Below are positions 12,330-22,105 of a stretch of DNA of 64,000 bases, piece after piece. Source of the DNA: Candidatus Doudnabacteria bacterium (lineage in GTDB: Bacteria > Patescibacteriota > Doudnabacteria > UBA920 > VMFF01). Under the pieces are notes generated by a model. That model saw only the letters and a list, made by a program, of their open reading frames with translations, was not told the DNA's origin and did no database searches. The stretch spans positions 87,121-151,120 of the forward strand of contig CAWIZL010000004.1 of NCBI GenBank assembly GCA_963840645.1, given 5' to 3'. The translations under genes were made by a program, and so were the position numbers. How positions within the stretch are numbered: the stretch's first letter is position 1; every line of letters starts with the position of its first letter.

Positions 12330-13668
12330 GAATTTTTTTGTTGGTGAACTTGTCCATGTTCTCGCCGACGAACGCTTTTGCGACCGTGATTGCGGTTGGG
12401 TTGTCTATGTCCAGGTTCACGGGTGATATGCGCCGCAGCTCGGACACAATTCCAGGCATGACCTGCATGAGGTAGTCTATGTCGCTCTCGTCGTTTGACT
12501 TGCCGAGCGTGAAGCGCATGCTGCCGTGCGCGTACTCGTACGGCCTGCCAATCGCCAAGATGACGTGCGACGGGTCAAGGCTCGTTGACGTGCACGCAGA
12601 GCCAGTGGACATGCACACGTTGTACGAGTCGAGGTAGAGCAGGAGCGCCTCGCCTTCTATGTCTAGGATTGAAACATTGATGTTGTTTGGCAGGCGCGTT
12701 GGGTGCTCTTCGCTGTCTGTTTCAAGTGCCGGCCCATTCAAAACAATTTTTGGAATTTTTTCTTGAATTTGCTGCCACAGGTACGCACGAAGGTTTCGCA
12801 GCCGAGCGTTTTCTTCAATGCGAGTTTCCTGCGCAAGCTCAAGCGCTGCTGACAGGCCAACAATGCCAGGAACGTTCTCAGTGCCAGAGCGTAGATTTTT
12901 TTCCTGCCCCCCACCGTATATTAAAGGGCGAATGCGCACGCCAGTCTTTATATAGAGAAGAGCAGTTTGCTTTGGGCCGTACATCTTGCTACCGTTGATT
13001 GTCATCATGTCTACGTTGAGGTGTACTACATCTATATCAAGTACGCCACCAGCTTGGCACGCGTCAGTGTGGAAGGTCACTTTTGGCAAGTTTTGCTTGA
13101 ATCTCTCAGCGTTTACTTTCTTGAGGCTAGCACCAATTTCTGCAATCGGCTCAACAGTGCCAATCTCGTTGTTCGCGTACATGATTGTACAGAAGATTGT
13201 GCTTGACTTGATGGCAGCCAGCACGTCGTCAGTTTTCACAAATCCAAATTCATCTACAGGAACAATCGTAACTTCAACGCCTTCTTTCTCAAGTGCTTCA
13301 AAGCTGTTGAGCACTGCGTGGTGCTCAATCTCAGATGCAATAATGTGTGGCTGCGGCATTGCAGGGTTTGCCCGCATCTTGTGCTGGTACTCGCGCACAA
13401 CGCCAAAGATTGCGGTGTTGATGGACTCTGTGCCGCCAGCGCAGAAAATTAGTTCTTCTGGGCGGCACTTCAGCACGCCAGCAATTTTTGACCTAGCAAC
13501 GTCAACTGCCTGCTTTGCCTCTCTCCCCTTTCCGTATAAGCTCGCGGGATTGCCGTAGTAGCCGTGCAAAAAAGGCTGCATCGTCTCTGCAACTTTTTCA
13601 TCGAGGTACGTTGTGGCTGCGTGGTCTAGGTAAATGACCTTTTCAGAGCGCGGAACTTTTGGAAGCAT
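12322..13668 (-). CDS. nifS: cysteine desulfurase (NifS/IscS family)
   Basis: YLDHAATT, HTDACQAGGVLDIDV, SSGSACTS-like MSTGSACTS. Confidence 0.85.
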   Translation of the reverse strand: MLPKVPRSEKVIYLDHAATTYLDEKVAETMQPFLHGYYGNPASLYGKGREAKQAVDVARSKIAGVLKCRPEELIFCAGGTESINTAIFGVVREYQHKMRANPAMPQPHIIASEIEHHAVLNSFEALEKEGVEVTIVPVDEFGFVKTDDVLAAIKSSTIFCTIMYANNEIGTVEPIAEIGASLKKVNAERFKQNLPKVTFHTDACQAGGVLDIDVVHLNVDMMTINGSKMYGPKQTALLYIKTGVRIRPLIYGGGQEKNLRSGTENVPGIVGLSAALELAQETRIEENARLRNLRAYLWQQIQEKIPKIVLNGPALETDSEEHPTRLPNNINVSILDIEGEALLLYLDSYNVCMSTGSACTSTSLDPSHVILAIGRPYEYAHGSMRFTLGKSNDESDIDYLMQVMPGIVSELRRISPVNLDIDNPTAITVAKAFVGENMDKFTNKKIHA

Positions 13669-13704
13669 GGGGTAATTATAGATTGCATGGGTAGAGAAAT
13701 CTAC

Positions 13705-13732
13705 TTGACATATAAATAAATTTATGTAATAT
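13705..13732 (+). promoter_or_regulatory. sigma70-like promoter (TTGACA, 16 nt, TAATAT)
   Basis: -35 at 13705-13710, -10 at 13727-13732. GGAGG Shine-Dalgarno at 13758-13762 precedes the ATG. Confidence 0.5.
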
Positions 13733-13769
13733 TAATATTTAGTAATTTCAATTTGGTTGGAGGAAAAAG

Positions 13770-13934
13770 ATGGGGCAGATGAAAAAGAAGGATTGGATTC
13801 CTTTGGCTGTTGTGGTTGGATTGCTTATGGCAGCCACCCACTACTGGGAACTTTACGAAAGTAGGAAACCGTTCATTCTCAAATGCGATAAAAACGGCTT
13901 AAACTGTAATTTCGTAAATGTGATCAGCCGTTGA
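13770..13934 (+). CDS. 54-aa small membrane protein (not in the ORF track)
   Basis: MGQMKKKDWIPLAVVVGLLMAATHYWELYESRKPFILKCDKNGLNCNFVNVISR. Consensus promoter, strong SD and an intrinsic terminator immediately downstream. Confidence 0.5.
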   Translation: MGQMKKKDWIPLAVVVGLLMAATHYWELYESRKPFILKCDKNGLNCNFVNVISR

Positions 13935-13956
13935 ACGGATGCATTTGTTGGCAAGT

Positions 13957-13992
13957 AGCCGCAGCGGAACGTCGCTGCGGCTCCTATTTTTT
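13957..13992 (+). terminator. intrinsic terminator (9-bp GC stem plus T7)
   Basis: gccgcagcg-gaacgt-cgctgcggc, followed by tcctattttttt. Confidence 0.6.
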
Positions 13993-13999
13993 TGAACCT

Positions 14000-14428
14000 T
14001 TATCCACCAGCCTTCGTAAACCCCGCAGCCTGCGCATCTGCCTCTGTCTGGAAACAATCTGTTGGCTTCACGCGGTTGTAGGATATATCACCGGCAACGT
14101 AGTACAGCGATGTACCCGTTGTCTTTTTCTTTGCCTTCACAATGCACGTTGGGTCAACTTTTGCACCGACTGGGACAGCTGCCGCTGTCTTTGGTTTTGG
14201 CGTTGGTGTAGGCGTTGCAACGGCAGCGTCACCACTGTCCGCACTATCCCCTGCCAACGTTTGATCATTGATCGAAACAGGTGTAGAATTGGCGTATGGA
14301 GATGGAGAACTTGGTGCTGCGCGCACCAATGCAATTGAGAAACCGAAAACAAATGAAAGCAGCATTGCAGCTGCCACGCTGAACTTCTTTCTGTTATCAA
14401 CGAAGAACTGCTTGAACTTGGAATCCAT
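14000..14428 (-). CDS. signal-anchored secreted protein with Pro/Thr/Ala-rich linker and a C-terminal Cys-bracketed ~45-aa domain
   Basis: N-terminal TM or signal. C-terminal CIVKAKKKTTGTSLYYVAGDISYNRVKPTDCFQTEADAQAAGFTKA. Confidence 0.4.
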   Translation of the reverse strand: MDSKFKQFFVDNRKKFSVAAAMLLSFVFGFSIALVRAAPSSPSPYANSTPVSINDQTLAGDSADSGDAAVATPTPTPKPKTAAAVPVGAKVDPTCIVKAKKKTTGTSLYYVAGDISYNRVKPTDCFQTEADAQAAGFTKAGG

Positions 14429-14445
14429 ACCTTTTTAATTTAATT

Positions 14446-15711
14446 ATGCAATACGCACTAATTTTGGGGAGGGTGTACACGCTGTCGCTCGCAGAGGCTA
14501 TCAAGGTGCTTCGCTCTAGCGGCATTGATTTCGTCGTGCTGGACTGCTCAATAGAAGCGGTCATCATTGAGACACAGGTCCAGATCGACCACGAGAAAAT
14601 CGAGAAGCAGCTGGGCGGCACAATCAAGATCGTGAAGATCATTGACGTGCTCAAGAAGCGCGAGAAGGACTCTGTGAACTTTGCCCTCATCAACTACTTT
14701 AAACCAGGGAAATTAAAAAAAGATTACTTCAAGGATTACGCTGGAAAAAAACAGTTTGGCATCAGCGTGTACTTGCTGAATCCGGCTGTGCAGGCGTTCG
14801 GTGAGCCTCGTCGCCTTGGCATGTTCATAAAGAAAGGTCTGCAGGATTCTGGCGTGAGCCTTCGCGCTGTGCTGCCAGATTTCAACTCTCTCGCGCTGCC
14901 GTCAGTTTCTGTCACAAAGAATTTGATCTTGCAGAAAGGCGCTGAGATTGTGGTCATTGCAGGTCTGGACAAAATTTACGTAGGCAAGACGCTCGTTGTG
15001 CAAGACTTTGAAGACTACGGGCGCCGCGACTACCAACGTCCAATTCGCGATGATAAACAGGGCATGATTCCGCCAAAAGTTGCGCAGGTCATGGTGAACC
15101 TCGCAGAAGTGCCAAAGGGTAAGGTGATTCTAGACCCATTCTGCGGCATTGGCACTGTTATCCAAGAAGGCATCCTAATTGGCTACAAGATGTTTGGCTC
15201 TGACATAAACCCAGAGGCAATTGATGGCAGCGAGAAGAACCTCGAGTGGTTCAGGAACCGCTACCAGGTAGCTCCGGGTAAGTATAAGCTGGCAACGTGC
15301 GACGTGGGCAATGTCACAGAGGCGTTTAAAGGCGAAAAAATCGCTGCTGTGGTGACAGAGGGTTCTCTTGGCCCCATTTACTTCAACCTGCCAAAACCTG
15401 CCCAAATACAGAAGAACTTTGCTGAATTAAAGGCACTGTGGGTGACGGCTTTTACGCAGTTTTCAAAAATGCTGGAAACAGGATCTCGCGTGGTCATTTG
15501 CCTGCCAGCGTACAAGGTTGGCCTTGTGAACTACGAGTTCATGCCAGGAATTGACGATTTATTGGCTTTAGGTTATACTATTGAGGATCCGTTCCCAGAA
15601 AGCGTCTACAAGCTTGCCCCATTCCTCAAGGTGACAGACCGAAAGTCTATGATCTACGATCGGAAAGAGCAGGTTGTTGCGCGGGAAATTATTACGTTCA
15701 TTAAGCAGTAG
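14446..15711 (+). CDS. THUMP-domain class-I SAM-dependent RNA methyltransferase (Trm14/RlmL-like, UPF0020)
   Basis: N-terminal THUMP region. DPFCGIGTVIQEGILIGYKMFGSDIN (SAM-binding motif I). TEGSLGP. Confidence 0.65.
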   Translation: MQYALILGRVYTLSLAEAIKVLRSSGIDFVVLDCSIEAVIIETQVQIDHEKIEKQLGGTIKIVKIIDVLKKREKDSVNFALINYFKPGKLKKDYFKDYAGKKQFGISVYLLNPAVQAFGEPRRLGMFIKKGLQDSGVSLRAVLPDFNSLALPSVSVTKNLILQKGAEIVVIAGLDKIYVGKTLVVQDFEDYGRRDYQRPIRDDKQGMIPPKVAQVMVNLAEVPKGKVILDPFCGIGTVIQEGILIGYKMFGSDINPEAIDGSEKNLEWFRNRYQVAPGKYKLATCDVGNVTEAFKGEKIAAVVTEGSLGPIYFNLPKPAQIQKNFAELKALWVTAFTQFSKMLETGSRVVICLPAYKVGLVNYEFMPGIDDLLALGYTIEDPFPESVYKLAPFLKVTDRKSMIYDRKEQVVAREIITFIKQ

Positions 15712-15723
15712 CAACTCTAGACC

Positions 15724-16011
15724 ATGGCACATAAAAAGGCAGGCGGCAGCACAGCACTCGGCCGCGACTCAGTTTCAAAAAGGCTCGGCGTCAAGCTCTT
15801 CGGTGGGCAGAAGGTGAACGTCGGCAACGTCATTGTTCGCCAGCACGGCGCAAAGTTTCGTGCGGGTGACAACGTCCGCATGGGCGGTGACAGCACGCTC
15901 TACGCAGCAGCTTCAGGCGAGGTAAAGTTCGCCAAGAAGCAGGTGAAGCGCTTCAACGGTATTCTCTCAAAGGTGAGAATTGTGAACGTGGTTAAGGCAA
16001 AGGCTGCTTAA
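15724..16011 (+). CDS. rpmA: 50S ribosomal protein L27
   Basis: [16 protein letters not shown]... Confidence 0.9.
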   Translation: MAHKKAGGSTALGRDSVSKRLGVKLFGGQKVNVGNVIVRQHGAKFRAGDNVRMGGDSTLYAAASGEVKFAKKQVKRFNGILSKVRIVNVVKAKAA

Positions 16012-16046
16012 CGTAGCATAGAAATCTAGCTACCAGCGAACCCGAA

Positions 16047-16080
16047 AACAGTCTTGTTTCTTTAAACAGACTGTTTTTTA
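16047..16080 (+). terminator. intrinsic terminator after rpmA
   Basis: aacagtct...agactgtt stem followed by tttttaaat. Confidence 0.6.
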
Positions 16081-16086
16081 AATAAA

Positions 16087-17851
16087 ATGATTGACTCAGA
16101 AACAAAAAAAGTGCGGGCGTACATCGGGGATTTTTTCGTCGGTGCGCTGGTCTTGCTGTTCGTTACAGTTCACCTGCTGCTCATCTACAAGAATTTTTTC
16201 ATTGATGGCCAGGGCAACTTTCACACTGCAATAGCGGGCATTGGCGATATTCCCTTCCACCTTACCCAGGTGGCGAACTTTGCGTTCCGACGCTTCAATT
16301 TGAATGACCCTATCTACGCAGGTACAAAGCTGCAGTACTCGTTCTTGGTGAACCTCATCAGTGGCTGGCTGCTGCGTGCCACTGGCGCGTGGGTATTTTC
16401 GTTCAATGCGCCTGTAGTGCTCTTTGCGGCAGTTGCCGATGTCTTGGCATTCTACATTTACCGTCGACTGCTCGGCTCTTCTTGGCAGGCACTGTTCAGC
16501 TTCTTTCTCTTTTTCTTAGGTGGTGGTTTTGGCGCATACAGCCTCATCCGCCAGCAGTTTTTTGTAGACCACCACACTGTAGCCCAGTTCTTCAGCTACG
16601 TTACCTCGAACAACGTTTCCACCATACTGCGCTGGGGTGCAGTGTACCCACAGCAGAACATTACGTGGGGATCTCCGCTCATCTTGGTGCTGCTGCAGCA
16701 GAGGTCGTTCATAGCAGGCTTCTTTCTTTTTACGATTGTGCTGTGGCTGCTCATGTCGCTGAAGCGAATTAACAGTACGTGGGGACTCATTGGCATTGGC
16801 GTGCTCGTTGGGCTTGGCAGATTCGTGCACATCCACACTTTTGTAGTCTTGGTAGGCCATTGGAATTCTGGGCATTGATTCCCTGGTACAAAAAAATTAC
16901 GCTGATTTTAAAAAGATCGCTACTGTTGCAGCTTCTGCTGCAGTCGTGGCGCTTCCACAGCTCGCGTACCTCATGTCTGGACAGCCTGGGCTACTGACCA
17001 CAACAGGTGCGTTCCTGAGCTTTCGGCTGGGGTGGATGGTTCAGCCAACGCTGGGCTCTGTTGTGTTTCCAGTTGGTGTAAGTCCAGCTTTTGGATTTTT
17101 GGTGTACCTAAATTTTCTTTGGATTAACTTTGGCCTCATTCTTCCAATGTTCCTGTTTGCTGGGATCGGCCTACTCTACCTGCGCAAAAAAGCTGACAGA
17201 TCTATTGCAGTTTGGTGGTTCACGGCCGCCGCTATTTTTGTGCTCATGCAGACTATGAGGCTCCAGCCTTGGGACTTTGACGACAACAAGCTGGCTGTGT
17301 ACTTTTCTTTCTTTGCTGCACCAGTCATAGTGCGGATGTTTTTCTACGTCTATCCGTACGCGCGTGCCGCTGTTGGCACTGCCTTTGCCATCTTTTTCAT
17401 AATCACCGTGGCCACAGGTGCACTAGATGCTCTGCCCAGGGTTTTGGTTCCGCTAGACCAGCTTCCTGTGATGTTCACGCCTGGTGATGTCGCCATGGCA
17501 AAGTATATTGATGCTAACGTGCCTCAGGACAGCCAAATTTTGACGAGCAACACGTACCTGAACCCTGTTGATTCACTGGCCGGCTACCCAGTTCTCGTAG
17601 GCTACGGAACCTGGCTCTGGAGCGATGGCGTTGATCCGAGCGTGCGAGAGGCTGACCTCAAGAATTTTTACACTGATCCTGTGGCTTCCCAGTACGTTCT
17701 GACGAGGTACAGTGTTCGCTACATTCTCCTCGATGAGAGCGCAAGAGAACAGTGGGACACAATCCCCTCAATGCTCCAGGAAGTTTCTACGCCAATTTAC
17801 CAATCTGGAGGCTTGGTTCTGTACAGGGTGGATAACGTTGGTGGAAGTTAA
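16087..17851 (+). CDS. polytopic GT-C-like membrane protein; one frameshift near 16880-16945
   Basis: ORFs 16087..16878 and 16946..17851 are both multi-TM and contiguous. C-terminal soluble domain ends ...LVLYRVDNV. Confidence 0.4.
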
Positions 17852-17856
17852 CCTGG

Positions 17857-19580
17857 CTACTTGGACGACTTTTGTTTCTTCACGCTCCCTGCTATGAAAC
17901 CTTTGAACAGTGGGTGTGGGTTCAGCGGCCTTGATTTGAACTCTGGGTGGAACTGGACGCCCACAAAGAACGGGTGGTCTGCGAGTTCAATTATCTCTAC
18001 CAGTTTGCCATCAGGGCTCGTGCCTGAGAACACTAACCCCGCTTTCTCGAGTTGTGCCTTGTACGCGTTGTTGAACTCGTAGCGGTGGCGGTGGCGCTCG
18101 CTGATCTTGCGCGTGCCGTACAGCGCTTCAACCTTTGTTCCCTTCTTCAAAACACATTCCCACGCGCCGAGCCTCATAGATGCTCCGTAGTCTTTCAGGA
18201 GCAGCTTCTTCTCCTGGTCTGGCATGATGTGGATGACTGGGTGCTTCACGCTCTCTTCAACTTCAGTTGTATTGGCACTCTTCAGGCGCGCCACGTTGCG
18301 GGCAAATTCAATGGTTGCCATCTGCATGCCGTAGCATAATCCCAAGTATGGAACTTTAGACTTTCGCGCGTACTCAATGCTCGAGATCATACCTTCTGTG
18401 CCGCGGCTGCCAAAGCCGCCTGGCACCACAATGCCATCAAAGCTACCCAGAACTTTTGCAGCCCCTTCAGCCTCAACCCTCGTGGCATCTATCCACGTGA
18501 GCTTTGCTGTCACCTTGTTTGCCCACGCAGCGTGCTTGAGCGATTCAATGACAGAAACGTAAGAGTCAGCCAGCTCAAAAGAGCCTGTGCCAAAGTACTT
18601 GCCAACAACAGCAATGTTCACCTCAGCCTTGGCGTTCTTTATCTTCCGCACCAAGCCCCGCCACTCTGACAGGTCTTTCTTGCCAACTGGCATACCGAGT
18701 TTTTCTAAAATAATCTCACCTGCTTTCTGCTGGTCTAAGATGACAGGCACTTCGTATATAGACGAGACATCAGGGTTTGAGAGGACGGCTTTCTTGTCCA
18801 CATTGCAGAACAGGGCAACGCGCTCTTTGCGTCGGTCATCAATGATGCATCTGCGCGGCCAACAATGATGTCTGGCTCAATGCCCATGCCGTTGAGCATG
18901 CGCACAGACTGCTGCACAGGCTTTGACTTCATCTCCCCGAGGTACGATGGAATCGGCAGGTACGCAACGTGCACGTGGAGCACGTCGCCTGGGCTTCGCA
19001 GGCCCATGATGCGGCTCGCCTCAAAGAAAATGGCGTTCTGGTACTCGCCCACTGTGCCGCCGAGCTCGACAATGGTAATGTCTGCACGTTTGCTCGCGAG
19101 CGTTATGCGGCGGATGATCTCGTCAGTCACGTGTGGAATTGCCTCAACGTCTTCACCGTTGTACTCGAATGAGCGTTCCTTGCGTAAGACCTCAGCGTAG
19201 ATTTGCCCAGTTGTGATGTAGTTTACCTTGCCCAGTGGCTGGTCTATGAAGCGTTCGTAGTGCCCGAGGTCTTGGTCTGTCTCAATGCCGTCATCTGTGA
19301 CGAAGACCTCGCCGTGCTCTTGCGGTCGAATGGTTCCAGCGTCCTGGTTCAGGTACATGTCTATCTTGACCGGCGAGATGGTGAGGCCTTTTGACTTCAG
19401 GATGAGGCTGAGCGATGCTGACGTAATCCCCTTGCCTATTCCAGAGATGACGCCGCCCGAGATGAAGATGAACTTTGGGTTTTGTTTTGCAATTTTTGCG
19501 GCAGGCCTCTTTTTTGCCCGCGTTATTTTTTTTGCTTTTACTGTTCTGGATGCCTTCCGTGCCGCACGTCGTTTTGCCAT
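17857..19580 (-). CDS. pyrG: CTP synthase; one frameshift near 18800-18850; Lys/Arg-rich N-terminal extension
   Basis: Synthetase domain FIFISGGVISGIGKGITSAS in ORF 18735..19580. Glutamine amidotransferase domain GLCYGMQ...HPEF in ORF 17857..18801. Confidence 0.85.
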
Positions 19581-19589
19581 TGTTGTGTG

Positions 19590-20027
19590 TTACTTTGTTA
19601 GTAAAATTTTTGGGTGTGCCACTGTGCCGCCGAGCTTAACCTCGCACGTGTACTCGCCGAGCTCTTTCATCTTGGGGAGCACGACCTGCTTCTTGTCTAC
19701 GTGCACGCCGAGCTTCTCGCTAATTTTTTCTGCGACCTCGCGCTCGTGCAGTGCGCCGAACACCTGCCCCTTGTCGCCAACCTTGACCACGAACGTGAAC
19801 GTGCGGCGGCTGAGGTCTGCTGCTGCCTCAGCAGCGCGCTCGTTCTCGCGCCTAGCTTTCTCTGCGGCTTGGTGAGCCTCGTTGTGCATCTTGCTCACCA
19901 CCTGTGGAGTTGCCACGACTGCGAAGTTCTTTGCGAGCAAAAAATTCTTTGCGTAGCCGTCATTCACCTCTTTCAGTTCGTTCTTTTTGCCAACACCTGG
20001 CACGTCTTTCAGTAGAATTACCTGCAT
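19590..20027 (-). CDS. rplI: 50S ribosomal protein L9
   Basis: [21 protein letters not shown]... Confidence 0.9.
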   Translation of the reverse strand: MQVILLKDVPGVGKKNELKEVNDGYAKNFLLAKNFAVVATPQVVSKMHNEAHQAAEKARRENERAAEAAADLSRRTFTFVVKVGDKGQVFGALHEREVAEKISEKLGVHVDKKQVVLPKMKELGEYTCEVKLGGTVAHPKILLTK

Positions 20028-20047
20028 GTCTGAATCCTTTGCTTAAA

Positions 20048-20073
20048 TAAAAAAAGCTGGTCTCAGAGAGACC
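20048..20073 (-). terminator. GC hairpin (ggtctc-agag-gagacc); a T-tract follows on the minus strand; terminator or 5'-UTR structure about 20 nt upstream of rplI
   Basis: Read directly. Orientation inferred from the flanking A/T tract. Confidence 0.35.
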
Positions 20074-20396
20074 TGCATTTGGCTCTTTTTAAGTATACAC
20101 TGTTTTGCTGGGTGGTCAAACAAGCCATTTTTATAATAAAAAGTTTTCCACAGGTTCATAAAAGTTTAATTCCATTCTAACCTGGAATTAATTCCGCACT
20201 GTTACTGTAAATGAGCCACAGTCGGCTATGAGTAAGCCACTCGCTTGCGAAGCGTGGAAAACGGGTGCGAATCCCGTCGGTACGCCAGGCTTGTTGACAT
20301 CGACCTTACCGTTGATGTAAACTAAAAATGCTTCGCAGGCGCAAGAAATGGCTTACTTGATTAGCCGAACGTAGCTCCTTAAATAAGAGCAGAAAG

Positions 20397-20420
20397 GACC
20401 ACCCTTTACGGTGGTTCTTT
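20397..20420 (-). terminator. terminator hairpin downstream of ftsX (bidirectional context)
   Basis: gaccacc-ctttacg-gtggtt with T-rich flanks on both strands. Confidence 0.5.
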
Positions 20421-20443
20421 TAAATTTAAATTTGTATCGTCTT

Positions 20444-21367
20444 TTAGACTCTCAGGTATCGCCTAATTGCAATGTAGCTGGAAACCATGCCGAGCACGAG
20501 CGCAACGCCGAGCTGCAAGAGGTACAGCTGCCACAGCTTGAAGTACGTGATGCTGTTGATGCCTGTGCTGCCTACGCCGAGGTAGTGCTGCACCTGCGGG
20601 ATTGCGTACTTGAACACTGGGACCATGAGCGCCATGGTGATTGCAGTTGCAATGACAGCGTACAGCATGCTCTCAATGATGAACGGCCAGCGAATGTACC
20701 AGTTCGTGGCGCCGACGAGCTTCATAATTTCAACCTCATCGCGACGGTTGTAGATGGTGAGCCTGATGGTGTTGAAGATGACCAAAATTGTGGTGAGCGT
20801 GAACAGCGCGGCGAGTGCAATGCCAGCTCTCTCAACAATGCCAATGATGGTAGACAGGCGCGTGATGATGGCGCTGTTGTCTGTGTAGTTGATGCTCGAT
20901 ATGTACGGCTGGTAGCGCGGGCCAGACAGCTGCTGGGCAATTGCCGCGTACTGCGTGAGGTCTTTCGCGCCAATGTTCAAGGTTGCCTGTAGCGGGTTTG
21001 ACCCGAGCTCTGTGAGCGATTCTTGGATGAGCAGGTCGCTCGCGTCACCGCTCGAGTGCTTTGCCTTGAACTCAGCCAGCACCTCATCAGCTGACTTGTA
21101 CGAGACGCTGGTCACCTGCGGAAACTGCTGCACGTCAGCTTCGATTGCCTCTGCCTGCGCGTCTGTTGTCGTTGAATTGAAGTACACGCTGATGGCAACA
21201 CCCTTTTGCACGCTGTGGATGGTCACGTTACCAATGTTGACGATGAGGAGAATCACCGTGAGTATGGTGACGGTGATGACCATCACCAAGGTCGCGGCTG
21301 TTGCCAGCCAGATGTTCCGCCAGAAGTTTGTTAAGCTCGTCTTGATTGCCTTGAAGAATCCGCGCAT
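20444..21367 (-). CDS. ftsX: cell-division ABC transporter permease FtsX
   Basis: FtsX topology and sequence (MRGFFKAIKTSLTNFWRNIW...). Confidence 0.85.
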   Translation of the reverse strand: MRGFFKAIKTSLTNFWRNIWLATAATLVMVITVTILTVILLIVNIGNVTIHSVQKGVAISVYFNSTTTDAQAEAIEADVQQFPQVTSVSYKSADEVLAEFKAKHSSGDASDLLIQESLTELGSNPLQATLNIGAKDLTQYAAIAQQLSGPRYQPYISSINYTDNSAIITRLSTIIGIVERAGIALAALFTLTTILVIFNTIRLTIYNRRDEVEIMKLVGATNWYIRWPFIIESMLYAVIATAITMALMVPVFKYAIPQVQHYLGVGSTGINSITYFKLWQLYLLQLGVALVLGMVSSYIAIRRYLRV

Positions 21368-21385
21368 GTTTGTTTGCTTTAGAGT

Positions 21386-22063
21386 TTACAGCTTGTAGCC
21401 ACCGTGCTGCTGGTCAAATGCAACCTTGCCTTTTTCCATGGTCACGACCCGCTTCTGCACCTTGTTCACCAGGTCGCGTGCGTGGGTTGCCAGGATGACT
21501 GTTGTGCCGAGAGAGTTTATCTTGTGCAAGAGGTTCAGGATTTCATTGCCGTTGATCTCGTCTAGGTTGCCGGTTGGCTCATCTGCCACGAGGAGCACTG
21601 GCTTGTGCGCGAGTGCGCGGGCGATGGCCACGCGCTGCTGCTCGCCGCCAGACATTTCATTTGGAAAGCTGTTTGCCTTTTCACTGACGCCAACTATGTC
21701 GAGAATCTTTGCAACGTCCTTCGTGATGCGGTCGCGGCTGTAGCCTGCGACCTCCATGGCAAACGCAACGTTCTCAGCTGCGGTCATTTTTGGGAGCAGC
21801 CGAATGTCCTGGAACACAACGCCAATTTTGCGACGAAGGTACGGCACCTGGCTCTGGGCAATCCTTGACACGTCAACGTTGTCTATGAGGATGCGGCCAG
21901 TGTCAGCCTGCTCTTCGGCAAAAATCAGCTTGAGCAAGGTTGACTTGCCCGCACCGGACTGGCCCACGACTGAGATGAACTCGCCGTAGTCTATCTGTAA
22001 ATTTATGCTGTCTAGTGCCTTTTTGTTTCCGTACTGCTTTGTGACGTTTTCGAAACGGATCAT
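21386..22063 (-). CDS. ftsE: cell-division ABC transporter ATPase FtsE
   Basis: GQSGAGKSTLL Walker A. LSGGEQQRVAIARAL signature. Confidence 0.9.
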   Translation of the reverse strand: MIRFENVTKQYGNKKALDSINLQIDYGEFISVVGQSGAGKSTLLKLIFAEEQADTGRILIDNVDVSRIAQSQVPYLRRKIGVVFQDIRLLPKMTAAENVAFAMEVAGYSRDRITKDVAKILDIVGVSEKANSFPNEMSGGEQQRVAIARALAHKPVLLVADEPTGNLDEINGNEILNLLHKINSLGTTVILATHARDLVNKVQKRVVTMEKGKVAFDQQHGGYKL

Positions 22064-22105
22064 GTTGTATAGTGTAGCACTAAATGCTGTGTTCGAGAAA
22101 TTTTT

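Noticed and set aside
20130-20330. About 60-codon stop-free minus-strand stretch in the rplI-ftsX spacer
   Set aside because: There is no ATG, GTG or TTG start in frame and no SD. It is treated as non-coding. See the ncRNA candidate.
20028-20443. Assigning the spacer RNA to tmRNA, RNase P RNA or SRP RNA
   Set aside because: I could not find the P4 (AGGAAAGUCCGGGC / ACAGAACCCGGCUUA), SRP domain-IV or tmRNA tag-ORF/resume-codon signatures. Only a T-arm-like hairpin is present. The locus is left unassigned.
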